From the human T2T-CHM13v2.0 reference genome, Homo sapiens: a stretch of 64,000 nt of DNA. The translations under genes were made by a program, and so were the position numbers. The DNA lies in assembly GCF_009914755.1 (NCBI RefSeq), contig NC_060932.1, one strand, 5' to 3'. The notes beneath the pieces were generated by a model that was not told where the DNA came from, searched no databases, and saw nothing but the letters and a program-made list of their open reading frames with translations. Shown one piece after another: positions 40,400 through 56,020 of the stretch (the stretch's first letter is position 1; each line of letters opens with the position of its first letter).

Positions 40400-40725
40400 T
40401 AAGCTGGAGTAGGAGTCCTAGCTTCTTTTCTTACTTTCATTAATTACTTAACTTTGTAACCTTGGATGAACTTCACCTCCCTCTGCTTCAGTTCCTCATA
40501 GTATGAGGATAGTAATGAATCTACCTCCTAGGGTTGTTTTTAGGATTATGCATGTAAATACTTAGAAGTGTGGCTGCTAGTCTATGGTCACACCACCCTG
40601 AATGCTCCCGATGTCTTCTGATCTCGGAAGCTAAGCAGGGTCGGGCCTGGTTAGTACTTGGATGGGAGCAGTGTGGCTACTACATAATAAGTGCTCAAAA
40701 TGTTGGCTCTGTATTGTCTATTATT
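40400..40725. mobile_element. MIR split by the 5S retrocopy
   Basis: MIR motifs on both sides of 40580-40668. Confidence 0.65.
40580..40668 (+). pseudogene. 5S rRNA retropseudogene, 3'-truncated (nt ~1-89)
   Basis: GTCTATGGTCACACCACCCTGAATGCTCCCGATGTCTTCTGATCTCGGAAGCTAAGCAGGGTCGGGCCTGGTTAGTACTTGGATGGGAG closely matches 5S rRNA; flanked by 13-bp direct repeats. Confidence 0.95.
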
Positions 40726-40749
40726 GTTGTTGCTACCATTATTTACATA

Positions 40750-43700
40750 TAGATACGTTTTTTAAAAGCCCCTAGTACTAAGCTTTAGCAAATGCAATAT
40801 TTGCTTCAGACTTTTTAAAGAAGTCATAGATTTAGCTGAAACTTCCTGTGTACCCTTCCCTAATCCTGTTCCTCTTATTCACTCCCCAGAGACAACCATC
40901 ATCGTGAATTTGGACTTGTTCATTCCCATAAAAGCCTGTACAATTACCAATACATACGTAGTTATAAAAAAATGTTTGTTTTACCCAGTACATAAACTAT
41001 ATCACACATACATGTATTTCTTTGACTAAATTCTTTAACTCAACATTTTGTTTTTGAGTTGCATTTATTTTAATACTGCAACTCTATTTTTTAAAATGTT
41101 TCCTTTTACTAATATAAAGGAAATGTATAACATATTTCAAATATATAGAGATATAGAAAATAAATATCCATGTACTCACAACCCAACTACCTTGAAATCT
41201 TGAAATTATGGCATATGTATCTGTATCTGTTTGTGTACCTATGTATCTAATATTAAAGATACAGTTGATACCTCCTCTGTTCCTTTCCATATTTCCATTC
41301 CTCTTCTTCCTCCCTCCCTAGAGAAACCCTTCTCATAAATACGGTATTTTTCATTCTCCTGAATATTTTTATACTGTCGCTGAGTGTTTATCCATAAAAT
41401 TTGCTGTTATGCAAGTTTTAAAAATGTATATATGTGAGATCATTCTGTAGCTCATTTTTTAACTCAGTTTTATGTTTTTGAGAATATATATGTTGATATG
41501 TGTACTGATAATTTGTTTTAACTGCAGTGGAGTATGCTATTGTATAACTATACTGCAATTTATTCACTCATTTATTGATGAATTATATAGTTGTTTCTAA
41601 TTTTTTGTTGTAAGCCATTTTTCAGTGAATATTCTTGTAACACTTTCATTTCTTAAATATGAACAAGAGTTTCTATTGGAATTTTTGCATTGTAGGCTAT
41701 AAGCATGTTCAACTTAAGTCGTTATTTTAATTTATACGCACACCAGAATATGAGTTTCCCCTTTGTCCCCATTTTGGCACTCTCAGGCTTCTAAATTTTT
41801 GCCAGACTTTGAAATAATATCTCAATTCTGTAGTAATTTACCTTTTCCTTATTATACGTAAGGTTGAATGTGTTTTCGTATGTTTATTGGCCATTTGGGG
41901 TTTCTCTGTGATTTACCTATTTGTTATCTTTGTCCATTGCTCTGTTAGGTTATTTGCTTTTTACTGTTTAAATATTATTGGTTTTCTTTGTCAGTCATTT
42001 GCGTTACAGATATTTTCTGCTTTGTGGCTTGTCTTTTCACTTTATTTGTGCTTTCTTAGTCTTTTGTGTTTTAAGGTAATCCTTCCCTGCCATTAAAGTC
42101 ATTAAAATGGCCTGCTGTATTTTTTCTAGCAGTTTCTACAATTTGCTTTTTTGATTCATATCTCTAATCCCATAAAATTTATTTTTGTGAATGTTGTAAG
42201 GAACACAATTTTATTTTTCCATATGGATAAGACATGTGCTTTCTGCATCATTTATCAAATAGTTCATCTATTTCAATTGTAATGCAACCTCTGTCATGCA
42301 CAAGTTTCATTTTTAGGCTCTCTCATTTGTATAACCATGTGTCAACTCCACATCTTCTTTACCTTGTTCTTCTTCTTCAAAACTATTTTAGCTATTCTTG
42401 GTACTTTGCTCTTCTGTATGAATTTTAAAATCAATTTTCCATGAAAAACACTGTCAGGATTTTCATTGAAATTGTTTTTGATTTGTAAATGAATCTGGGG
42501 AACATTGCCATTTTTGCAATACTGAGTTTTAATAGCTTATTTACATTTTTATTCATTAAATTGGTTATTGATGGTGTACAGGCATGCCATTTAAAAAATT
42601 TTTAATTTATTTATTGTGACAAAGTCTCGCTCTGTTGCCTAGGTTGGAATGCAGTGGCAGTCATAGTTCTCTGTAACCATGAACTCCCAGGCTCGAGTGA
42701 TCCTCCTGCCTCATCCCCCCAAGTAGGTGGGGCTTACAGGCATGTGCTACCATGCTTGGCTAACTTTTTTTTTTTTTGTAGAGATGGGGTCTCCCTGTGT
42801 TGCCCAGCCTGGTCTTAAGTGATCCTTCCACCTTGGCTTTCTAAAGACTGGGATTATAGGTGTGAGCTACTGTGCCTGGCCTGATTTATTTTGTGTATTG
42901 GTTTTATATCAAACATCCTTGTTGAACTCCTATTAGTTCTGATTGTGTATGGATTCTCTTAGATATTCTTTCTAGAAATCATGTTGTTTGCAAATAGGGA
43001 CAAATTTGTCTCACTTGCTTTCCAATTTCTATATTTCATGTAAGAGCTGCCTACTCTTGGAAAGGATTTGCACATCCTCCTGTAAAACTCTGTCCTCATA
43101 TCTTTGAAGTAAAAGGAAAGAAGTTGGTTAAGAAAGTAGATTTTTGTAAGTTACCATTTAATCTCTTCAATACTAATGGTTTTATTCAGGTCTTTTATTT
43201 CTTCTTGAGGCATTTTTTGTCATTTATATTTTTCTGGAACATTTCATCTAACTTTTTAAATACATTAGCATAAATTTGTTCATTTTTAAAATGTTTTTAC
43301 CATTTGAGTTTTTGCTCCTAATAAATATGTTCTTTTTTTCCCCCCATGATCAATCTTGTTAAAGGATTTTTCTTTTTTTTTTCTTTTAGTAGAGATGGGG
43401 TCTTGTTAGCTGTCCAGGCAGGTCTCAAACTCCTGGCCTCAGGGATCCTCCCTCTTCAGCCTCCCAAAGCACTGGGATAACAGGCCTGAGCCACTGCTCC
43501 CACCAAAGATTATCTTTTTAATTCAATTATTTCTTGTCTTATTTCATCCCTACTGCTTTCTTTAGAATTACTTTGTTTTTCTAGATTCTTGAATTGAAAG
43601 CTTAACTCATTTATTGTCAATGTTTTAAAATGTATCTTAAAAATACATTTAATAGTTACTTTAAATTTAACCAAAAGACCATTATTAACCAGGTTGGTCA
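40750..43700 (-). mobile_element. Degraded L1M fragments with AluJ (42598-42882) and FLAM-like monomer (43370-43505)
   Basis: L1M 3' motifs; Alu consensus segments. Confidence 0.65.
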
Positions 43701-43745
43701 TTCACACTCATTCTGTCTTCTGAACTTAACTTTAAGTAACTTTAT

Positions 43746-43789
43746 GTTTGTTTTGTTTTGTTTTGTTTTGTTTTGTTTTGTTTTGTTTG
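43746..43789. repeat. (GTTTT)n pentanucleotide repeat
   Basis: Direct reading. Confidence 0.9.
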
Positions 43790-44369
43790 AGAACCTTTAT
43801 TTATTGAAGTTTGGGTATCCCTGGGTTTTTGTTCTTCACAGAAAGGTCCCCTCACAAAGCTGATGGAAAGGGATGTTTTTTACCCTAACATCTCATGGGT
43901 TAGTAACACTTGGATACGTTTTAAAAATTCCCTCCAACGTGTATTTTTTTTTCTAGGATTTCCTTTCTCTTTAGCATAATAATTCAGAGACTGTTCTGGA
44001 AGATAGTGCTGGTGTGGCTAAAGTTTTATTCTATATGTGAGTCCCATGAATTCCTTTGTGATTCTTGTGCTTTCCAATCTTGCTTCCATAAATAGATGTT
44101 GAGTTAAACCTGGCCTGTTCAAAAAAGATAAAGTACTATAAACATGAACTCTTATTTGTATAGACTTCATTGTGGGTAAAATCTGTGATTGCTGATATCC
44201 ACAACAACCTTTTCAAATAGATAGTATGGCTTCATTCCTGCCATTCAAAAGCATTTAAAGCAGAAAGAAGTAATGTGTCTTACATAGTTACATTAGCTTA
44301 AGGATCAGCAAACTATAGCCCATCTGAACTGTAGCCTACAGATAAACTAGAAGACCAGCGACCTGTTTT

Positions 44370-44880
44370 TTTAATTGTAGTTTTATAGACGCACACACAC
44401 ATTATGTATACGTTCTCATTTTAACCATTTTTAAGTGTACAGTTCTGTGACATTAAGTAAATTCACATTGTGCAACCATCACCTCCATCCATTTCCAGTA
44501 ACTTTTTCATCTTTTCAAACTGAGATGACTTAGCAATATGGTAAGACCCCATTTCTACAAAAAATGTAAAAATTAGCCAGGCATGTTGGCATGTGCCTGT
44601 AGTCCTAGCTACTCGGGAGGCTGAGGCAGGAGAATGGTTTGAGCCCAAGAGGTCAAGGCTTCAGAGAGCTGTGATTGCACCACTGCACTCCAGCCTAGGT
44701 GACAGAGCGAGACCCTATCTCAATAAAAATCAATCAATCAATCAATCAGTGAGACTCTGTACCCATTAAACAATAACTCCCCATTCTTCTTCCCCACATC
44801 CCCTGTCAACTACCATTCTACTTTGTCTCTATTAATTTAATTCTAGATATCTCATATAAATGGAATTATACAATAATTTG
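44370..44880. mobile_element. L1M 3' fragment with partial sense AluJ (44527-44748)
   Basis: ACCATTTTTAAGTGTACAGTTC...CCATTAAACAATAACTCCCCATT; Alu with (ATCA)n tail. Confidence 0.75.
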
Positions 44881-46594
44881 CCCTACTTTGATTTTAATAT
44901 TCAGATATTAGGATATTAATATTTGTTTTTGTTCAGAATTTATTTTTAGAGGAATCTTATACAGACTTCTGAATTAAGCACCAGTGATGTGAAATTTTTA
45001 TATTGAAGTAATAACCACACATACTTGAATAAAGATCTGCTGTTATTGAGTGTGCCTTATAGAACACTTAGTAGGCGCTGATGATAATTCCTAATAAGAA
45101 GTTTTTTAAATGTTTTAAGCAATGATGGAGCAGTCTCCTCAGGTGACTTAGAGAAAATATTTGAATATATTTGCTTAAAAACCAATAAGGTTGCTTAACA
45201 GTTATCTCTCACATTACAGAAACTTTCAAATATCTGAAAAAATTAGTTCCTGAATTTTTTATCATGTTTTTTCAAAATACCAATTGGGTTTAGTGCAAAT
45301 TGCATGAATGTAAATTCATAATTTGAAGAAAAATTGGCTGGGTGTAAAGTATTTTAAAATGAGTGTTCTCGCTGAAAACAGTTTCACTGGCTTTTTTTTT
45401 CTGTTTTCTAAATAAAATTGTAGGTTTTAGCACAGTTTTAGATTGACAGAAAAATTGTGATGATAACACAGTGAGTTCCCATATGCCTTGTACCAGTTTT
45501 CCCTGTTATTAATATCTTATATCACTATGGTACATCTGTTATAATTGGCTAACCAATAGTGATACATTATTATTAACTAAAGTTCATACTTTATTCAGAT
45601 TTCCTTAGTTTTTATCTAATGTCCTATTTCTGTTCTAAGATCCCATCCAGGAGATGACATGTAGTAGTCATGTCTCCTTGGCCTCCTCTTGGCTATGACA
45701 GTCTTTCAGCCTCTCTTTGTTTTTGATGTCACTACCTAGATTTTAAAATACTATACCAACCATTTTTAGCAAGAACACTCATTTTTAATGTTTATTAAAT
45801 AATACTTGAAAAGTAGTATTGAATGCCTAAATTCTGAATTAATTATGAAATATAGTCTGAGTAGTCAGAGTAATATTTCACAATTTAAAAACTGGTTTAT
45901 TTCTAGAATACTTTTTTATATTGTGTATTTTAAAATAACAGATCAGTAATTTTACAGATATTTGGGTTTTTTTGGTCTAATAATAATTTCCTCTATTTTT
46001 AGTGCCTTCTAAGAGTTTCAGAGTATCCTGTGAAAGTTACAGTTTTCAAAGATTCTTGATATTTCTAGAAAAGATTTTGAATTTAGCATAATATTCGTTA
46101 AAAATGTGGGCTTTAAAATCAGACAGGCTGGGTTTATGACTTGTTGCTACCATTCCTTCATGTAAAATGCAGAAAATAATATGTTAAATACAGTAATATC
46201 TACCTCATGGGTGGCAATGAAGATTAAATGAGAAATATAAACCTCTTACCGGAGTGCTTTGCACAAAGTAAAATTTCGATATTAACTCCTGTTATTACAA
46301 GTACATAATTCTTGAGGCTTTACAAAGGATTATCCTATACTCTGTACTAGAGTCATTTTTTTCTTTTAAACATCGATTTTGAAAAGCACATGTTTCCTTC
46401 CTTTCCTAAAATGCCCCTTCATTTTTTTCATCTCTTTCATCCATCTAATTTAATGCAGTATGTCCCAAGGAATTTTGACAATAGAACATTTATTTCGGTA
46501 ACAGAAATGTGTTACCATAGTACAGGCAGCTTAGCCAAGACTGTCAAATTCACATTACAGCCATTTGTAGAATTCTTTAAAAATTATTTTTATA

Positions 46595-46883
<289 letters not shown>

Positions 46884-47599
46884 ATTATTTTTATAGAAAA
46901 CAAACAAAAAATATTATTTCTGTTCTTCTGAGCACACAAGGCATCCCATCTGTTGTTTTATCTAGTCTTGATTCAGAAAAATACAAAAATAGCAGAATAA
47001 CATTAAATCTAATTTGTTATGATTTTAGCTTCATTTTCTGATGAGTCTTTCCCTTTACCAGGCAGTTCCAAAAGGAATCAGAATTGTTTATGAAAGGACC
47101 ATGAGGGAAATGGGTATGTTTTACGCTGCCAACATTAGACAATGAGTAATTCTTTTGTATAAATATGTAGTACTACTAACCTTTTTTTTGTTTTTCTACT
47201 AATCTTTAAATTGGTAAATATCCTGCCTACCTATGACTTCCTAGGGCCAAACCTCAAAATTATTTAGTTTCTGTAATAGAGGAAAAGAATGAGAATTCCC
47301 TGAAAAAATATTCTATATCTCTTGTTTTGCCAGAAAATATTACAGAATACGACATGAAGGAAACATAGACTATTATAGAAATTTATAGAAACTGTAATAC
47401 TGTTATGTCCTGGTTGTAAAATACTGTCAAATGACACTTTTGGATAAATATGATAAAATATACAAGTTATTATTCTGGCCTCTGTTAAACAGAATAACCT
47501 AAGTTGTGTGTTCAGTTTAAGTCTCCACTGCAGAAATACCTGATATGCAAATAGTTTATACATTTTTAGGAGAAAATTCAATGTACTTGCCATTATCTA

Positions 47600-47840
47600 C
47601 AGTAGGGCATGGCAAACTGTAAAAGATCAGATAATAAATATTTTAGACATTGCTGGCCATTAGTTTTTGCTGCAGCTACTCAGCTTTGCTGCTATGGTAC
47701 AACTACTCAGCTTTGCTGCTATGGTACAAAAGCAGCCATAGACAGTAAGTCAGCAAATGGAAGGAAGTATTCCAATAAAGCTTTATTTGTAGAAACAGGC
47801 ATTGCGACAGATTTGGCCTTCAGGCTGTAGTTTGTTGACA
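47600..47840. mobile_element. MER58-like hAT-Charlie element with perfect 27-bp tandem duplication
   Basis: GGCAAACT..AGATAATAAATATTTTAG..CTACTCAGCTTTGCTGCTATGGTACAA x2..CCAATAAAGCTTTATTTG..GTAGTTTG. Confidence 0.75.
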
Positions 47841-48003
47841 AGTATTATTCTATGTCATCTTTGATCATTCTTTTATAACAGTGGTTGGTGACCTATGACA
47901 TTTTTCTGTCCCATATAAATTGTCACTGTTGCATTCTCATTTCTACTTTTGAGGATTCAGCCTTTTACTCTACTGCATAATAGTATTAAACATATTTAAT
48001 ATA

Positions 48004-48316
48004 GGCCAGGCGTGGTGGCTCACGCCTGCGATCCCAGCACTTTGGGAGGCCGAGGTCGGCAGATCACCTGAGGTCAGGAGTTCAAGACTAGCCTGACCAA
48101 TATGGTGAAACCCCGACTCTACTAAAAATACAAAAATTAGCTGGGCGTGGTGGCGGGCGCCTGTAATCCCAGCTACCTAGGAGGCTGAGGCAGGAGAATC
48201 ACTTGAACCCGGGAGGCAGAGGTTTCAGTGAGCCAAGATTGCGCCACTGCACTCCAGCCTGGGCGACAAGAGTGAAACTCTTGTCTCCAAAATAATAATA
48301 ATAATAATAATAATAA
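48004..48316 (+). mobile_element. Alu (AluS) with (AAT)n tail
   Basis: Full-length sense Alu. Confidence 0.94.
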
Positions 48317-49261
48317 TTCAATATAATCTAGTACTGTTATCACTATAATAAATAAATAAAAATGAATTCTAACCTATCACTATAATAAACACATGTAAAT
48401 AAGACGTATTTCCAGTAATCTTTGAAGGCATTACCATACCAATTTAAGGAAATAATTTTAGTATTTTATGAGAATAGTAGAGTAGAAGCAACATAGTTTA
48501 ATAATCATAGTTGCTTCTAGTTTTTTAAGTTATATGCTGTGTGTCATGTCCTATGCTCAACAATTTACACACATCATCTCATTTAATCCTCACATTAGCC
48601 CAGTAAGTTATATTGTACTCAGTTTTACAAATGAGAAAACTTGAGTCTCATATATTTATACAGTTTATCCCAAGTCATACAGTAAGTTACAGAGCTGGGA
48701 TGTGAACTGATTCCAAAGCCTACAGACTTAACATCATTTTACACCTCTTCATATGCAAAAAACACAGGTCTGAGTATTTGGAGAGACATCATATAGTTCT
48801 GGCTATATCTCTAACTAGTTTTGTGTCTTTAGGCTAGTCACTAAGTTTATACTTTCTTCATCTCTAAAATTTTAGGGGATTGGATTGAATAATCTGTAGG
48901 GGTTTTTTCTCAGGTCTAATATTAAATGAATCTAGAAACTATTCTCCCATAAACCACAACTTGTTTTTCCCCTTTTATAAAATTCATTCATTAATGCAAA
49001 ACCATTTGTTATATATGTTATATATTTTATATATATATAATATATTTTGGCATATTGATAGTTGCTGGAGAAGCAACTGTGAATAAAATACAGCCTCTGC
49101 CCTACAGTTCATAGCCTAGTAAGAGAAAATAAACATGGAAATCAGATGGTTCTGTGACTAAAGAACAGTTTTTAGTTCTTACTCTCTCGTCTCTTAAAAA
49201 AATACGGAGAAACCTAGTAAAAATAAAGATACCTTCAGGAATATGATAGTTATACCCTATA

Positions 49262-49472
49262 TCAGGGATCCCCTACCCCCGAGCGATGGACCAGTATAGG
49301 TCCACACAGCAGGAAGTGAGTGGTGGGTGAGCCAGCAAAGCTTCATCTGTATTTACTTCCCATCGCTTGCATTACTGCCTGAGCCTCCTGACAGGTAAGC
49401 AGCAGCATTAGATTCTCATAGGAGCGCGAACCCTGTTGTGAGCTGTGCATGTGAGGAATCTAGGTTGCATGC
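49262..49472. mobile_element. MER1-like hAT-Charlie fragment
   Basis: AAGCTTCATCTGTATTTAC..CATTAGATTCTCATAGGAGCGCGAACCCT. Confidence 0.8.
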
Positions 49473-50381
49473 ACCATTTATTGACTAGTTCATCTTTTCT
49501 CCACTGATCTATAATACTGCCTTAGTCATATATCAAGTTCCCATATGTGAAATTTGTTTTGCTGTCCTAGTTGAGGGTCTATTTTTCTGTCCCAGTGCTA
49601 CATTGTCTTAATTACTATAACATAATAAGCCGTTATATTTGATAGGACAAGTGGGTGACTTTTCAAAGCATAATAACAGTAAAGGTTGCTAAGCAGTGTA
49701 GTGTAGTTAAAAAGTACGCAAAAGTGGGAATCAGAAGACCTCCATTCAGGAACTGTTGTCACTTACCAGTTGTATGACAGACTCTGTATGAACCTGATGA
49801 ATAGTTCATTTTTATGTGGGCTTTAGGTGACCATAGGCTTGATATAAGTCAATATTTTGCAATGAATTTATTTAAAAAAATAAAAGCAAACCCAATGCAA
49901 TATGTACTTCTATTAGTAAAGTATAGATTCCTCTTGATAGGGAAAGAAGCCAAGGACTCTGCCAACCTGATTCAAAGCTAAGGTCTCAAAAACAAGTATT
50001 GAATTTAGGCCATCACAATAATTAAAAAAAAAATACCTCAAGTGTTCTTTTTTTGCAGGGTATTTCACCCTTAGCATGAGTAGTTTTTTTTCTATTTAAT
50101 TAAAAATAATTTAAGCCCTGGGGTCTTTGGTGGATTGTGTATCTAAATAGAAAAATCAAAACGCAGGTAAATGGTTTTTATATGGTGGTTGAAAGGAGTT
50201 ATTGCAACTCTGTAGATTAAATCCAAGCAGTGTTAGTGGAGATCAGTGATTCAGAAGATAGTGAATGTAGGCTATTTATAGCTAGCCAGGCTGTTGTAGA
50301 ACAGGGACAGTCCTCAAGACCCAGGGCTTACAGCAAGTAGATGCTGATGTCTCCCTTTTTTGCCAGGTATTCTCCAGGTAG

Positions 50382-50700
<319 letters not shown>

Positions 50701-50832
50701 TGATATAACATCAATAGGAATATAACGTTTTCAGGAACACTTAAAAAGAATACTTGACAGTTTTCTTATTTGTCCATTTTAATTATGCAAGGAACTGAAA
50801 TATTTTGTGAGTTTTTTCTTTAAAAATTCTAT

Positions 50833-51128
50833 AGCCAAGTGTGGTGGCTTACACCTGTAATCCTAGCACTTTGGGAGGCCAAGACAGGTTGATTACTTGA
50901 GGTCAGGAGTTTGAGACCAGTCTGGCCAACATGGTGAAACCTTGTGTCTACTAAAAATACAAAAATTAGCTGGGCGTGGTGGCGGGTGCCTGTAATCCCA
51001 GATACTCAGGAGGCTGAGGCAGGAGAATCCTTTGAACCTGGGAGGTGGAGGTTGCAGTGAGCCGAGAATTGCACCACTGCACTCCAGCCTGGGCGACAGA
51101 GTGAGCCCCTTTCAATAAATAAATAAAA
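50833..51128 (+). mobile_element. Alu (AluS)
   Basis: Sense Alu. Confidence 0.92.
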
Positions 51129-51749
51129 TTCAGTTTATTATAGGGCTTTTTAAAAATAAAAACTAAACACTGTATCCCATTTCCTTTATTCAAATATTTT
51201 TCTTTAGTAGGCTTTGCCTTTCTAGCTAGTATATGGCCTGTTTTACGTACTAACTACCTCACTATTTTTGTGTCTCTGTGTGATTTATAAGTAGATAATA
51301 ATGTATTCTCCTTCTTCTTTGTTCTTCATTTATAAGGGGACACTCCTTCTTTATAGCAGTAGCTTGGCTCTTCTTCCTCAGTGTCTTGGCCCTCTGGCTC
51401 CAACACTCTGCCTGTGGCATCTTCAAAAAACAGGTGTTATTTGAGTTGCTTTCACACTGTATCCCTGCCATGGGCAGTGCTGACTTGTCTTTTCTGGAAT
51501 TTTGGCTTTAACCAGAACCCTGTAATGCAAAATGTTCTGTGTTACATCCCTGCTGTCTTCCAAATCTTCTTGCCTAATTGGAGGTTTTGATTGTTGCTAT
51601 TCCTGATTTTGTTTTTAGCGCTCCTTCCCTCTTATTCAAGCATTTATGTTACGTGAACAATATTTCTAATTTACACAGACAATGCAGTTTAAGGTGCTAA
51701 AGAATCGAAGTTGGAAGATAGGGTTTCTCTCCTAGGCTCTCTGTTTTCT

Positions 51750-53060
<1,311 letters not shown>

Positions 53061-53495
53061 ACTGAGTTAATTAGCTGTGTGACCTTGCAGATCAGTTCAC
53101 TTCCCTAGAGTTTGATTGCATCTGTAAACAAAGGGATGAGTAGGATAGGATGTATCTCTAAGGATAGGATTTAGACTCTAGATGATCAGTCATCTAGAAT
53201 TGAAGACAACCTTGAAGTCATGAAGTTCAAGCCTCTTATTTTATAAAAAGTGATTTGACTTATGTCACGTTGCTCAGGCCAGTGGTCTTCACATCACACA
53301 ATTGTTCTAATTCTGCAATCAACTCTGATTAGCTCTCTTTATCTTTTTTCATTACAATTCTTAGTTTTAATTTTTATGTTCTTTGCCTTCATCCTCTTCA
53401 TCGTATTACTTACGTAAGTCACCTCTTTACAAATAATTATTTTTCTTCAGTTAGTCCTTGTTTTCTCACCATTTATTGAGTATAAGCCAGTGTGA

Positions 53496-53849
<354 letters not shown>

Positions 53850-54220
53850 CACACTCTACTTTTATGAGATTTTCTCTTTTTGTAAGCCAAAAAAAAAAAA
53901 ATGTATACAGTCATGGTTAACATGTATATTTTAACTAATATAATAGATTTTTTAATCATGGAAAAGGAAAATAACTTTTGTAGCAAAACTAGTCTCTAAT
54001 TCCCCAGTAAAGTTTTTCCAGCTTAATAGGCTCATAGGCTATTAGAATAAACCTTAGAATTTACCTATTCCAACTCCTTAATTTTCAGTGGGGGAGATGT
54101 ATCTATCAGCTTAGAAAACACTGAGGTAAACAAAAATAAACAGTTCTTCAGGACTTCTCAGAACCTTGAATATATTAATGTATAATCCCTCCGGGTGGGG
54201 AGGAGGCTCATAATACCCAA

Positions 54221-54265
54221 ATTTTATTTTACCGCAGAGTATGATACTCTGCGGTAAAATAAAAT
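54221..54265. repeat. Perfect inverted repeat, 22-bp arms, 1-nt spacer
   Basis: ATTTTATTTTACCGCAGAGTAT-G-ATACTCTGCGGTAAAATAAAAT. Confidence 0.95.
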
Positions 54266-54935
54266 CGGATAAAATATGGATTACCTGTTAATATCTTCTG
54301 GGATAGTAGTGCTCCTAAAACACATTTTTGAATATTTATTAGGTGTCAAACACAGTTCTAAGTACTTTAAGCTTCTCAACCTGTTTTATCTGCTACATTC
54401 ATGTGTTCCTCCTTAATATGATATGAATATCTGCCTTTAAGAAGTAGTAGTATGCCATATCGGAGAATACATATTGGAAAATGTAAGAAAGGATGTGTTT
54501 GTGTATGCAGAATATAAGTCCTAGGTATTGATTCATTTAGAAATTTATTGTGTTTTCTATCTAGTTGATCATTGATTTATTTATATAGCTTACTTTACAT
54601 ATTTATGATATTCACTATATACTGTAGATATTAAATATCAGTATAATTTTTGATAATTTCTTAGAGCAATTCATTTGTAGAACATTTGTTGATATCTATC
54701 ATAATATAAATTTACATTGTATCTCATGAACTTTTGGCATTCCATTAATACAGTAAAAGTTTTCCTGGTTAAATGTTTTGTCAATTTTGATTATGCACGT
54801 ATAGTCTTTTCCACTTTTTAAAAAGTCCAAAATATGTGGGAAGAAAATGATAAAACATACTCAGAGTAAAAGCCCCCTTACCCCTGCAAATCAATATAAC
54901 CACAATTTACATTTTTCCATACTTTTTGATCCCTA

Positions 54936-55950
54936 TGTGTCTAGTCTGTTTTCTGTTGAGTGAAACAGAATACCTGAAACTGGGTAATTTTTAAAGAAAA
55001 GGAATTTATTTCTTACAGTTATGGAGGCTAAGAAGTCCAAGGTTGAAGGGGCCGCATCTGGTGAGGGTCTTCTTCCTGATGGGAACTGCAGAGTCCTGAG
55101 TTGATGCAGGGCGTTACGTAGCGAGAGGGCTCAGTGTACTAGTTCAGTCCCTCTTCCTCCTTTTATAATGCCACCAGTCCTCTTCCTGTGATAACCCGTT
55201 AATCAGTTTATGAGGCAGAGCCCTCATGACCCAACACCTCTTAAAGGCCCCACCTCTCAATATTCCCCCACTGAGGTTTAAGTTTCATTGTGAGTTATGG
55301 AGGGGACAAACATTCCAACCATATGTAGCAACCACTATGGTAGCTACTCTTCAGAGAGATGCAGCCCCCTGCCTCCAACCAGGGAGCCACATCTCTTGCT
55401 CTTGAGTAGTCCCTTTCCTCAAATTGTGCTGGCACTGTGACTTGCCTTTGATTAGTAGAATGCAACAAAAGTGATTCTGTATGACCCCAAGACTTTGCTA
55501 AGATCTCTTGGAATGCTTGCTTTGGGAGAGGTCAGCCTCTAGTAAGAAGTCAGACTATCTTGAGACCACAAGATGTGTGGAAGCCCAGGCTGGCCCTAAG
55601 CTGTATAGAAAGGTTTCATGAAGGGAGGGAAACAGAAAGAGAGAAAGGTGATTGAGAAGACCAATCACAGAGAGAGGGAGAGATCTTCTCAGTCAGCTCC
55701 CGTCTTTTCCAGCCATCCTAGCTGATATTTGAGTGAAGAAGCCATCCTGTATGTATGTCCAGCTCAGACTAACATCCAGATGATTCCAGCCCCAGCCATC
55801 ATCTGACTGCAGCTACATGTGAGAACCCAAGTGGGAATCACCCAGCTGAGCCCAGTCAATTCACAGAACTGTGAGAGATAATAAATTCTTGCTTTAAGCC
55901 GTTAAGTTTTGGTGTAGCTTTTTACACAGTCATAGATGGCCAGAACAGTG
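54936..55950. mobile_element. Two adjacent MaLR LTRs (MST-like 54936-55325; MLT1-like 55337-55950)
   Basis: AACTGGGTAATTT..GGAATTTATTTCTTACAGTTATGGAGGCT; CCCAGCTGAGCCCAGTC..GAGATAATAAA..TTTAAGCC. Confidence 0.78.
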
Positions 55951-56020
55951 CATATTGGTATATTAAAAAACATACCAAAAGTCATATTTAATATATGTAT
56001 AAATAATATTATAGATATTA

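Noticed and set aside
53177-53198. 9-bp inverted repeat TCTAGATGA-TCAG-TCATCTAGA
   Set aside because: Short enough to occur by chance in 64 kb.
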